From positions 1 to 64,000 of the forward strand of contig JBBTCT010000024.1 of NCBI GenBank assembly GCA_038060895.1: a DNA stretch of 64,000 nucleotides. The letters run 5' to 3'. The DNA is from Planctomycetota bacterium (GTDB lineage Bacteria; Planctomycetota; MHYJ01; WSZJ01). The notes beneath the pieces were generated by a model that had not been told where the DNA came from, searched no databases, and saw nothing but the letters and a program-made list of their open reading frames with translations. The position numbers were made by a program, and so were the translations under genes. Below are positions 17,993-26,216 of this stretch, one piece after another. How positions within the stretch are numbered: the stretch's first letter is position 1; the number at the start of each line of letters is the position of its first letter.

Positions 17993-19105
17993 ATGATTCG
18001 ATTCAGGACGATTCTCATAATGGCTCCGCTTCTCATTCCACTTGCGGGATGCCACACCCGAACCGTAACGGTCGCGGAATCAAATCCCCCGGCTCGCGTT
18101 GTCGTCGCGGATCGGAGCGCGGGGCCGGATTTCGACGTCGTTGTTGACGTTCAAGAGGACGATGTGAGTTTCGTCGTGTACCGGGAGTACTACGGGTGCA
18201 GCGACGAAGAGATCAGGTTCATCCCGTATTACCGGCGGTATTACCGGCGGTATTACCGGGTGGACGACTGCGACCTCTTCTTTCTCTTCCATGTCGCCCG
18301 TCACATGCGCCGACCGATCGACTTCGTGATCCGGTCCTACTATTACGACTGCGACCGGGACTACGACCGCCTGATCGGGACCTGGCACGTGGACCGTTCG
18401 GTCTTCTTCGTCGACCTGCCTGGCTCGTACCACCCCGGCGGCGAGTACGACCGTCCGTACCGGATCTACCGCGAACGCGGCATCGCGAGCGCGCACTTCA
18501 CGAACAGTGAATTCCGTGTGCTCGTTTCCCTCAAGATCGGCGTCGAGTACCAGGGCGTGCGTGCGGAGCAGTTCGTCGAACGGGTGCGCGAGCATCCCGC
18601 GGCGCCTCACCGCGCTGTCCTGCGTTCGCGCGATTCGCTAGGAGCGAAAGGCCGTAACGTCGAGGGCCGGAGCGTTTCGGTCCAGGCGCCGCGGCCGTGG
18701 AAAATGCCGGAGAAGGAAGGCCAGCAGTACCGCCAGCAGCGAAAGCAGGATGCCGTTGGAGGGCAGAAGGCGTTCCAGGAGAAACACGGCCAGCGCGTGG
18801 ACGAAGCCCGGAAGGGGAAGCACAAGTCCGGCCAGCGTCCGAAGGACGAAGAGCGGGAAAAGAGTCCCCGGGGCCCGAAGGATGTGGAAGGCGAGAAGAC
18901 GCCCAGGGACCCGAGGGACGCGGAACGCGAGAAAGCGCCGAAAGAGCCGAAGGAAGTAGAGCGGCAGGAGCAGCTCGAGAGGGAGCAGAAGCTTGAGCGC
19001 GAAAAGGAGCTCAAGCGGCAGCAGGAGCTCGAACGCCTCAAGGAGATCGAACGTCGGAAGAACCCGACCAAGGACCCCAAGGACAAGAAGAACCCGAAGT
19101 ACTAA
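17993..19105 (+). CDS. Lipoprotein with highly charged Lys/Glu/Arg-rich C-terminal tail
   Basis: GGAGGT RBS; lipobox LAGC; Tyr-rich core; low-complexity tail. Confidence 0.8.
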   Translation: MIRFRTILIMAPLLIPLAGCHTRTVTVAESNPPARVVVADRSAGPDFDVVVDVQEDDVSFVVYREYYGCSDEEIRFIPYYRRYYRRYYRVDDCDLFFLFHVARHMRRPIDFVIRSYYYDCDRDYDRLIGTWHVDRSVFFVDLPGSYHPGGEYDRPYRIYRERGIASAHFTNSEFRVLVSLKIGVEYQGVRAEQFVERVREHPAAPHRAVLRSRDSLGAKGRNVEGRSVSVQAPRPWKMPEKEGQQYRQQRKQDAVGGQKAFQEKHGQRVDEARKGKHKSGQRPKDEEREKSPRGPKDVEGEKTPRDPRDAEREKAPKEPKEVERQEQLEREQKLEREKELKRQQELERLKEIERRKNPTKDPKDKKNPKY

Positions 19106-19212
19106 CACCGAAACCTGAGAGTCAACATCGCGGTGCGGTAGCGACAACTCGCCACGGCATCGCTCGTTTCAGGTTAGGCCTCTCGATCGTCGATCGCCCG
19201 CACCGTCAGGCC

Positions 19213-19228
19213 CGGCACGGTTTGTGCG
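19213..19228 (+). promoter_or_regulatory. Sigma-54 promoter for the small basic ORF
   Basis: cGGcacggtttgtGCg. Confidence 0.65.
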
Positions 19229-19282
19229 ATGTTCCTTCGCCAGATGCCGGCAATCCGCCGCTGTCACTTCAGGAGAACAGAC

Positions 19283-19402
19283 ATGGCCAAGAAATCACGT
19301 GGGGGACGCATGACGGCCGCCAAGACGAGGGCTTCGAAGTCACCGGGCGGCAAGGGCAAGGTCCGCAATCGCCCCGCCGGCGCGAACATCATGAAGACGT
19401 AG
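19283..19402 (+). CDS. Small basic peptide, 39 aa (absent from ORF track)
   Basis: MAKKSRGGRMTAAKTRASKSPGGKGKVRNRPAGANIMKT; AGGAG RBS and own sigma-54 promoter. Confidence 0.65.
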   Translation: MAKKSRGGRMTAAKTRASKSPGGKGKVRNRPAGANIMKT

Positions 19403-19501
19403 GTCCGGCGGTGACTGTGCAGTCCGCTTCGACGACCTTCGCAAGCCCGGACTCCTCGCCGCGCCGACCGCAGCGCGCGGCGAGGAGGCGAAGGCCGGGA
19501 A

Positions 19502-19527
19502 TGTCAGGAGTACCCGGTAAGTCCTTC
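19502..19527 (+). promoter_or_regulatory. Candidate activator (UAS) double site
   Basis: tgtcaggagtac-ccg-gtaagtccttc. Confidence 0.65.
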
Positions 19528-19579
19528 CGGCCGCCCGTGGATGGCCGCTCGGGGACCTGCGGGCAACCCGGAAGCGTCC

Positions 19580-19595
19580 GGGCACAAGCCTTGCG
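19580..19595 (+). promoter_or_regulatory. Sigma-54 promoter for the YceI operon
   Basis: gGGcacaagccttGCg. Confidence 0.8.
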
Positions 19596-19654
19596 CTCTG
19601 TGACTTTCAACCGCGGCGAATTCCCGGCGCGGGGGCGAAGAAGAAGAGGCTGAC

Positions 19655-20590
19655 ATGACCATCCAGCGCGGCACATTGATCCGGTCCTTGCTGATCCTCG
19701 TCCTTGGCGCGGCCGTCGGTGCCGCGGGCGGGGCGCTGGTGTACAAGAAGCTGCATCCGTCGACGGGGCAGGACGCCGCCGCCAGCCGGCCGGACGCCAG
19801 CCGATCGCTGGCGCCCCCTGAAGAGCCTGCGGACGCCAACCCGAAGCCGGAGGTACCGGCGAACATCGTGGCCGTGGCGATGTCGCCGGTCGAAGAGGCG
19901 CCGCAGGTCGTAATCCCTCCAGATCCCGGGTTGGTGGTGCCTGAGATTCCTCCGGAAGCCGCCCTCGCGAAACCGGAGGAAGCAACCGCCTCCGAGTCCC
20001 CCGCAGGACCGGAATTCTTCGGAGTCCAGGTCGGATCGGCGGGTGACGCGCCCGCTTCCGTTCCCTCTTCGGGCCTTCAGCGCCTCCGCCTGATGAACGG
20101 CCGCTGCGTTGCCGGCTTCGATGCGAAGACTTCCGTGGTCGACTTCTCCGGCTGGACCAAGAACCTCACGGGTGAACTGACGTATGAGCCCGGCCGGCCG
20201 GTCGAAAGCGCAAGGGGCTCCGTCACGGCGGATCCCACGACAATGGACACCGGGGATGCGGCCCGCGACAAGGAACTTCGCGAAGAGCACCTCGAGTGCG
20301 CCACGTTCCCGCGGATGGGATTCGAGATTTCCGTCGTCAAGATGACCAGCGTCGGGACTGTAGACATGTCCGGCTCCATGGAAATCCACGGCATCAAGAA
20401 GGACGTGACGATCCCCTGCTCCTTCAAGCTGCGCAGCGACGGCTTCGCCTACGTGGCCGGCGAGATCAAAGTGAAAATGACGGACTTCGGCATCAAGCCC
20501 CCCACGAAGCTGGGAATCATCACGGTCGAAGACGAGATCCGGATCTGGTTCGAAATCTGGGCGGAGCCGGTGAAGGAGCCCTCCAAATGA
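19655..20590 (+). CDS. YceI family lipid/polyisoprenoid-binding protein with TM anchor and Pro-rich linker
   Basis: MDTGDAARDKEL, IHGIKKDV, TDFGIKPP motifs. Confidence 0.9.
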   Translation: MTIQRGTLIRSLLILVLGAAVGAAGGALVYKKLHPSTGQDAAASRPDASRSLAPPEEPADANPKPEVPANIVAVAMSPVEEAPQVVIPPDPGLVVPEIPPEAALAKPEEATASESPAGPEFFGVQVGSAGDAPASVPSSGLQRLRLMNGRCVAGFDAKTSVVDFSGWTKNLTGELTYEPGRPVESARGSVTADPTTMDTGDAARDKELREEHLECATFPRMGFEISVVKMTSVGTVDMSGSMEIHGIKKDVTIPCSFKLRSDGFAYVAGEIKVKMTDFGIKPPTKLGIITVEDEIRIWFEIWAEPVKEPSK

Positions 20591-21063
20591 AACTGATTCT
20601 CACGGCCGTCGCTTCAGCGGTGCTCCTGGGCGGCTGCGCGTTTCTGACGCCCAAGCCCCCGCCCGTGATCTCCGAGCCGCCAAGGGAAGGCCAGACGGAG
20701 AAGGCACCGGCGGAAGCAGGTGGGGCGCCGGCCACAGACGTGAAATCCGCCGGATCGATGGAGGGGCCCACGATCTCCGGCCACTGGGTCTCAAAGACCG
20801 TATTGGGATCCGGCTCCGAGAATGTCCGCAGGGTCGAGTTGATCTTCGAGAGCGGCGGTTCCCTTTCCGGATTTATGTTGATCGAGAACGAAGGCAAGAA
20901 GCGCATTGCCGTCATGGAAGGAACCTGGCTTGCCGAAGTGGGCCATCTCGCCGTGAAGTACCGCGACGGTCGTGCGCGGACGTGGTCGCTGGCGTGGGAT
21001 GGCGCGATTCTGGTCCTCAAGGACGGAGAAGCGGAACTGAGACTGGAGAGGGTGACCGAGTAA
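20587..21063 (+). CDS. Lipoprotein (lipocalin-like)
   Basis: Start MKLILT overlaps the YceI stop (ATGA); lipobox LGGC; ISGHW motif. Confidence 0.75.
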   Translation: MKLILTAVASAVLLGGCAFLTPKPPPVISEPPREGQTEKAPAEAGGAPATDVKSAGSMEGPTISGHWVSKTVLGSGSENVRRVELIFESGGSLSGFMLIENEGKKRIAVMEGTWLAEVGHLAVKYRDGRARTWSLAWDGAILVLKDGEAELRLERVTE

Positions 21064-21100
21064 GTCCCGGGCCCTCGGAAGGATGTGGCGATCCGTTCGC

Positions 21101-21406
21101 CTACGACCCCCGGCGGCCGCGGCTCGAGAGAGTCACCGCGTACCCGACCACGCCAGAGACGATGGCCACAATCACCGGCGGCGCCCAGCGGTAGTTCGCG
21201 TCGACGATCGTCTCGAGCCATCGGTTGAAGCCGATCGCGCCGAAGACCAGCGCGAGCACGAGGCCTGCAGCGCCGACAAGGACCGAAACGGCATTCTTCA
21301 TCAACGTCGCCTTCGCCTTCTCCAGCGCCCCCTCCACGACGTCGCCTACGAAGCCCTGGGCGAGTTGGATCGTGCGGTCGAGCAGGACTTTGAAGTGCGC
21401 ATTCAT
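21101..21406 (-). CDS. Small two-TM membrane protein (holin-like/YqjE-like)
   Basis: Start MNAHFK with AGGAGG RBS; coupled to the upstream gene. Confidence 0.7.
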   Translation of the reverse strand: MNAHFKVLLDRTIQLAQGFVGDVVEGALEKAKATLMKNAVSVLVGAAGLVLALVFGAIGFNRWLETIVDANYRWAPPVIVAIVSGVVGYAVTLSSRGRRGS

Positions 21407-21615
21407 GATTTCCTCCTGAACAACGCAGAGATGAGGAATCCCGTCAGGAACGAGAGCGCCAGCCCCGTCGCCGGCTTCTCCTTCGTGAAGGTCTCGACCT
21501 GGGTCAGTCCCTCGCTGACCCATGTCCGCCAGTCCGCGAACAAATCGCGCGCTTTCTCGCGCACGTCGTCCCCGACGCAGGACTTGCCGTCGCGCTTCTT
21601 CGGTTCCTCGGGCAT
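21403..21615 (-). CDS. DUF883-like tail-anchored protein, 70 aa
   Basis: Start MPEEPKK with AAGGAGG RBS; KEKPATGLALSFLTGFLISALFRRKS. Confidence 0.75.
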   Translation of the reverse strand: MPEEPKKRDGKSCVGDDVREKARDLFADWRTWVSEGLTQVETFTKEKPATGLALSFLTGFLISALFRRKS

Positions 21616-21677
21616 GGACTCCTCCTTTTGACGACCTTTGCACAGCGGATCCGGGCAGCTGCATTCCCGCCGCCGGC

Positions 21678-22916
21678 TCACTTCTCGATCACTTCTCCCA
21701 GCATCCAATCCAGCAGGTCCAGCGCCGGCTTCGTGGCAACCGGGACTGGAAGCGGAACCGGTTTCGGCTCCGTCCAGGTTCCTTTCACCGCGACGCTTAC
21801 CAGGAGATTCTTCGAGAGAAAGTCGGTGACCGGGTGGATGGCATCCCTTACGTCCTCGATTCCGACCGGCAGTTCGCCGATCAAGCGCGGCATGAAGTTG
21901 AGGTCGAGGTCTTGGCTGGCCAGGAAGATGTCGCCGTCGCCGAAAAGACAGATGCCCGCCGTCAGGACGTAGAAGCGGTCGAAGTGCAGGCGGTCGTCCA
22001 GGACGCGGAAGTCCGTGCGGCAACTCTTGACCAGGGAGTCTCCGGGAAGAGAGAGACGAAGAACGTTGAACACAGAAAGCAGGACGGGCAGCTCGATGAG
22101 CTTCCCTTCGTCGATGTCAATCCAGCCGGCGCCGATGGCGCCCTTGCCTTCGCCGCCTCCACGCCCCAGCGACAGGAATCCGTTGAGCCGCCCTTCGAGG
22201 TTTTTCGATTCGAGCTTCGTGCCGCGCGACATCTCCCGGATGCTGGCGTCCGCAACGTTGATCTGCACCGACCAGCTCTTCTCGCCATTGCGGCCGATGA
22301 ATCCCGAAAGCGAAGCCCGGCCGCCCATCGCCCGCGCTTCCACGATCTTCCATTCGTAACGATCGGCGAGAACGTGGATCGGGGCATCGATCGTGCCGAA
22401 CGACGTCATGAGATACGGCGTATTGAAGTGAAGCAGTCCGCCCTCAATGTCAAAGGTCGGCGGGAGACGCATCGGGTTCGGGGACCTGGGCGGCGCCTCC
22501 GGAGGCCGCTTGAGAAGTCCCTGGATGTCGAAGTGACCGTCCGGCTCGAGCGTGAGGGTGACATCGGGCCGGTAAATGCGCAGGGACTCGATGGCGGGTT
22601 TGCCGGCGCCGACGATCGGCCGGTCGAACCCGACGACGACCTTGTCCGCCGTGCCGTGGACGCGGCCGGCGCGGTCGCTGAGAGAGACCCCGTAAAGGCG
22701 GATTTCATGCCACCCGACGCTGGCCCACTTGATATCGAGATGCGCGTAAGTTCGCTGCGCAACCCACTTCGAGATGTGGCGCCGCACGAACCACGGCGCA
22801 AGGCCCCATTTCACCGACACGACGAGTATGCAGAGGGGCAGGACACCGAAGAGTAGGATCCGGCGCCGCCAGGGGTGGCGGGGGGAGGGGACGCTCGCGG
22901 GAACTTCAGGAGACAT
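21678..22916 (-). CDS. AsmA-like protein
   Basis: N-terminal TM; beta-rich body; C-terminal VAVKGTWTEPK. Confidence 0.8.
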   Translation of the reverse strand: MSPEVPASVPSPRHPWRRRILLFGVLPLCILVVSVKWGLAPWFVRRHISKWVAQRTYAHLDIKWASVGWHEIRLYGVSLSDRAGRVHGTADKVVVGFDRPIVGAGKPAIESLRIYRPDVTLTLEPDGHFDIQGLLKRPPEAPPRSPNPMRLPPTFDIEGGLLHFNTPYLMTSFGTIDAPIHVLADRYEWKIVEARAMGGRASLSGFIGRNGEKSWSVQINVADASIREMSRGTKLESKNLEGRLNGFLSLGRGGGEGKGAIGAGWIDIDEGKLIELPVLLSVFNVLRLSLPGDSLVKSCRTDFRVLDDRLHFDRFYVLTAGICLFGDGDIFLASQDLDLNFMPRLIGELPVGIEDVRDAIHPVTDFLSKNLLVSVAVKGTWTEPKPVPLPVPVATKPALDLLDWMLGEVIEK

Positions 22917-22920
22917 GGGG

Positions 22921-24720
22921 CTACGCGGGCACCGGCAAGCCGACTTCGACCGGGGGCGGCGCCGCGACCGGCTCCTTCAAGGGAGCCAGCAGCCGCTTCA
23001 CCACCTCGCGACACTCCTCGATCGTCGAGGCAGAATGAAGCAAGGGTGAGACCGCGGCGGGAAGGCCTTCGTCCGCCCCATTGGCAGGGAGCCGGGCCGC
23101 CAGGACGGGGACGTCCGGGAAGCGCGCCCGGAGCTTTGCCGCCAGGAACCGGAGTCTCCGGGGGGAGGACGGGCGCACATCGACCAAGCACAAGAGGTTT
23201 GGGTTCCGGGAGTCGGCTTCCGTCGAAGCGTCCGGCCGGCCCAGGCGCGCGGCGAATCCCGCGAGTTCGAGGACGCGGATCAGCATCCGGCAGCAGGCCG
23301 CGTCCGCATCGTCCTTGGCCGGGATGCAAAGGACGTCCAGCGCGGGAACGACCGGTGCGGTCGCGCCCGCCTTCGCTTCCTCGGCCGCTTCCTCCGAGAT
23401 CTCCTCGATATCGCGGACGATGCGCAGAGATTCGTCGAGGTCCAGCTCGCCCTCGCGACGATTCCGCTTCACCAACTCCAGCACCGGCACCAGCGTCGCA
23501 TCAAACCCTTCCGCGAGCCCCGAGCGCAGCCGCTCTTCTGAAACCGCGTCCGCGACGGCGTCGTGGTCGGAAGCGAGCAGTCTGGGGTACAGGCGTGCGG
23601 CGAGGGACCTGTCGACTTCCTGGCCCATGAGGACGTGGAAAAAGTGAAGGGGCGGAAAGTGCTTGGCGAAGACGAACAGGCAGACGGTGAGGGGGGTGGC
23701 GAGGATGAGGCCGGGGACGCCCCAGAGCCAGGTCCAGAAGGCGGCGGCCGCGAGGATGGCGACGGGGGAAAGGCCGGTTTTGCGGCCGTAGACGAGGGGC
23801 TCGACGATGTTGTTGACGACGAGTTCCACGCCAACGAAGAAGGCTGCAGTGGCGAGAGGGAGAGTCCAGCTCTGGGAGATGGCGAGGGTCAACCCGACCG
23901 GCATGGCGGCAGCAAGGATCGGCCCGATGTAGGGCGCGAAGCGCAGGAGGAAGGAGAGGAGGCCCCAGATGAAGGCATTGGGGATGCCGAGGAAATAGAG
24001 GCCAATCGTGATGACAGCCCCATAGATGGCGTTGAGGGACGCTTCGGCGAGGAGGTAGCGGCTGAGCTTGTCGGCGGTTTCGTTCAGGGCCTGGGAAGTG
24101 ACGCCGAAGCGACCGCCGCCGGCGACGCGAAGGGCGCGCGCCAGCAGGTCCTGACGCTGGAGGAGGATGAAGATCACCAGGATCACGACTCCGCCCGCGG
24201 CCAGGAGGAATTCGATCGATCGGGCGAGGCCGTCGCGGAGGGGATTGAAGTTCCGGGTTTCCTCGGAGGCGCGGAGTCTGGCGGGGTTTGGCGGCTGGCT
24301 TGCTTCCGGTTTCACGGCCGAATCGGGGTCTTCGCTGGCCAGCGCGAGTTCGCCGCTTGCCTGCGCCCACTTCCGGTCGAGGTTGCGGACCACTTCGAAT
24401 TTCCTGGAGAGATTCCCCCGGTACGCCGGCAACCGGGTCATCAAGTCGGCGGCCTGTCCCACCACCAGGAGCACGGTCCCGGCGGCGAGTGCGCCGCCCA
24501 GGAGGATGACCGTCAAGATGGACCCGAATCGGCCGAAATGCCAGCGCTCGAGCCTTGCTACGAGGGGGGCGACGGCGAAGCTGATCAAAATCGCCAGCGC
24601 GATCGGGACCAGGAGGGGAGCTGCGAAATACAACCCCGCGATGATGCCGGACGCGGCGGCAACTCTCACAACGCTGGAGGAGTCTCGGGAGCCTGGAGGC
24701 ACGTCGAGGTCAGGAAGCAA
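22921..24720 (-). CDS. AI-2E family transporter with C-terminal cytoplasmic extension (true start probably downstream of 24705)
   Basis: LRFAPYIG, NNIVEPLVYG, FWTWLWGVPGLILATPLT. Confidence 0.93.
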   Translation of the reverse strand: MLPDLDVPPGSRDSSSVVRVAAASGIIAGLYFAAPLLVPIALAILISFAVAPLVARLERWHFGRFGSILTVILLGGALAAGTVLLVVGQAADLMTRLPAYRGNLSRKFEVVRNLDRKWAQASGELALASEDPDSAVKPEASQPPNPARLRASEETRNFNPLRDGLARSIEFLLAAGGVVILVIFILLQRQDLLARALRVAGGGRFGVTSQALNETADKLSRYLLAEASLNAIYGAVITIGLYFLGIPNAFIWGLLSFLLRFAPYIGPILAAAMPVGLTLAISQSWTLPLATAAFFVGVELVVNNIVEPLVYGRKTGLSPVAILAAAAFWTWLWGVPGLILATPLTVCLFVFAKHFPPLHFFHVLMGQEVDRSLAARLYPRLLASDHDAVADAVSEERLRSGLAEGFDATLVPVLELVKRNRREGELDLDESLRIVRDIEEISEEAAEEAKAGATAPVVPALDVLCIPAKDDADAACCRMLIRVLELAGFAARLGRPDASTEADSRNPNLLCLVDVRPSSPRRLRFLAAKLRARFPDVPVLAARLPANGADEGLPAAVSPLLHSASTIEECREVVKRLLAPLKEPVAAPPPVEVGLPVPA

Positions 24721-24731
24721 GCAACATGCCG
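24716..24731 (-). promoter_or_regulatory. Sigma-54 promoter for the AI-2E/AsmA operon
   Basis: Reverse complement cGGcatgttgcttGCt; overlaps the ORF-track TTG start. Confidence 0.7.
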
Positions 24732-24760
24732 GGGCCTTGCCGGGGCTGGGGACGCTGCCG

Positions 24761-24786
24761 TGTCAGGCGTACACGGTAGAAATTTC
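24761..24786 (+). promoter_or_regulatory. Candidate activator (UAS) double site
   Basis: tgtcaggcgtac-acg-gtagaaatttc. Confidence 0.65.
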
Positions 24787-24841
24787 AGGGTTTGCAGGAG
24801 ATCCTTCTTCTTAAGGGCTCAAGCCTTTCGAGTGGAGCCAC

Positions 24842-25387
24842 TTAGACCGATAGATCCGCCGCCCTGAGGTTTGCCCTCAATCCCTCGTAGGCCCTCTGAA
24901 GCAATCCCTCGACGGCTCCCTCGCTGCAGTCCATTGCTTCAGCAACTTGCCTATTCGACCGGCCTTCAAATCGCCGCAGGACCAGCGCCATGCGCTGATT
25001 CGGGGGAAGCGCCCGCACCGCGGCGCCGACCGCCTCGCCTTCTTCCCGCCTCGCCAGCGCCGCCTCGGCGCTCTCCCCCGCCGCGGGCCGCGCGTCGAGA
25101 TTCTCCACCAGCGCAGGCCTCGACCGACGCTTCCAGTTCAGGCACGCATTCGCCGTCACGCGGTACAGCCACGTCCCGAACTTCGCCTCCGGCCTCCATC
25201 GCGACGCCGCCGTCCACGCCGCGAGGAAAACATCCTGCGCCAGATCCTCCGCGTCGGTACGCGAGCCCGTGAAGCGATACGCGAGCCCAGCGACCTTGCG
25301 CTGGTGGCGCTTCACGAGGACTTCGAATGCGTCCTTCTGGCCGCGCGCCGACAACGCGACCAGCTGCTCGTCGGGCAGGTTCTGCAT
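24842..25387 (-). CDS. ECF sigma-70 factor
   Basis: DAEDLAQDVF, FGTWLYRVTAN, region 4 LPPNQRMALVL. Confidence 0.95.
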   Translation of the reverse strand: MQNLPDEQLVALSARGQKDAFEVLVKRHQRKVAGLAYRFTGSRTDAEDLAQDVFLAAWTAASRWRPEAKFGTWLYRVTANACLNWKRRSRPALVENLDARPAAGESAEAALARREEGEAVGAAVRALPPNQRMALVLRRFEGRSNRQVAEAMDCSEGAVEGLLQRAYEGLRANLRAADLSV

Positions 25388-25428
25388 TCCCTGTTAGACG
25401 CGCGCGGCGGGGTTAGGTTCGCCGGGAT

Positions 25429-26178
25429 CTATTCGACGTACTTGAGCATGCCCATCGACTCGAGCTCCTGCCGCGCGTCGCCGAAGTGCCGGCAGGCGAT
25501 TTCGTAGACCGCTTCACGGAACTCCTTGCGCGCTGCCGTCAGCCGGTTGCGCACGTCGTAGACTTTCATCGAAAATCGCTTCGAGAGCGCCTCGTAGTCC
25601 GCTGGCTCGCCACCGTCGATCCGCGTCCGCGCTTCGAATACCTTCCATGTCGACTCCCGATCCGCTGCGACCAGCCGCTCCCGGACGAGCCCCATCGCCT
25701 CGTTGAGGAAGGACGAGCGGAGCTCCTGGTCGAAGAGCGTGGCAAAGTGGGCTTCCGTCAGCGGATTCTCGATCGACGACCCGAACTCATCGAGCGATAC
25801 GTTCGGGCGCGACCCACCCTTGCGAACCCGCTCCGCTTCGCACCAGTTGATGTAGTGGCGCCGGCACGCAACCTTGAGGAAGTTGCTGAAGGACTTCTCG
25901 TGGCGCAGGTTCTTCAGGAAATCCTTCTCGATGAAGCGCGTGAAGAAGTCCTGCGTGACGTCTTCGACGCGGGAGGCACTGACGCGGAGGACGCGCTGAA
26001 AGAAACGGTAGACGGGCTTGTAGTAGAGAGTCAGGAGGTGCTTTCGGGCCTCTTCGCGGTCCAGGCCGGCGGCGCCTCGCGCTTTGCGGACGACTTCCCA
26101 GAGGGTGGCCGGCCAGAACTTGCTTGCCGATGGACTCGGGAATCCCTTGAGGTGGCTGGAGCCCGGTTGACGTGACAT
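25429..26178 (-). CDS. ECF sigma factor of the Ser/Thr-kinase-associated type
   Basis: WPATLWEVV, YYKPVY, EDVTQDFF, FLKVACR; divergent from a kinase gene. Confidence 0.8.
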   Translation of the reverse strand: MSRQPGSSHLKGFPSPSASKFWPATLWEVVRKARGAAGLDREEARKHLLTLYYKPVYRFFQRVLRVSASRVEDVTQDFFTRFIEKDFLKNLRHEKSFSNFLKVACRRHYINWCEAERVRKGGSRPNVSLDEFGSSIENPLTEAHFATLFDQELRSSFLNEAMGLVRERLVAADRESTWKVFEARTRIDGGEPADYEALSKRFSMKVYDVRNRLTAARKEFREAVYEIACRHFGDARQELESMGMLKYVE

Positions 26179-26216
26179 GGGAAGCGAGTATAGCGGCCGT
26201 CGAGTAATGTTCCTGT

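Noticed and set aside
21101-21406. Holin-like gene as evidence of a prophage
   Set aside because: No phage genes; the context is the YqjD/YqjE-like stress pair
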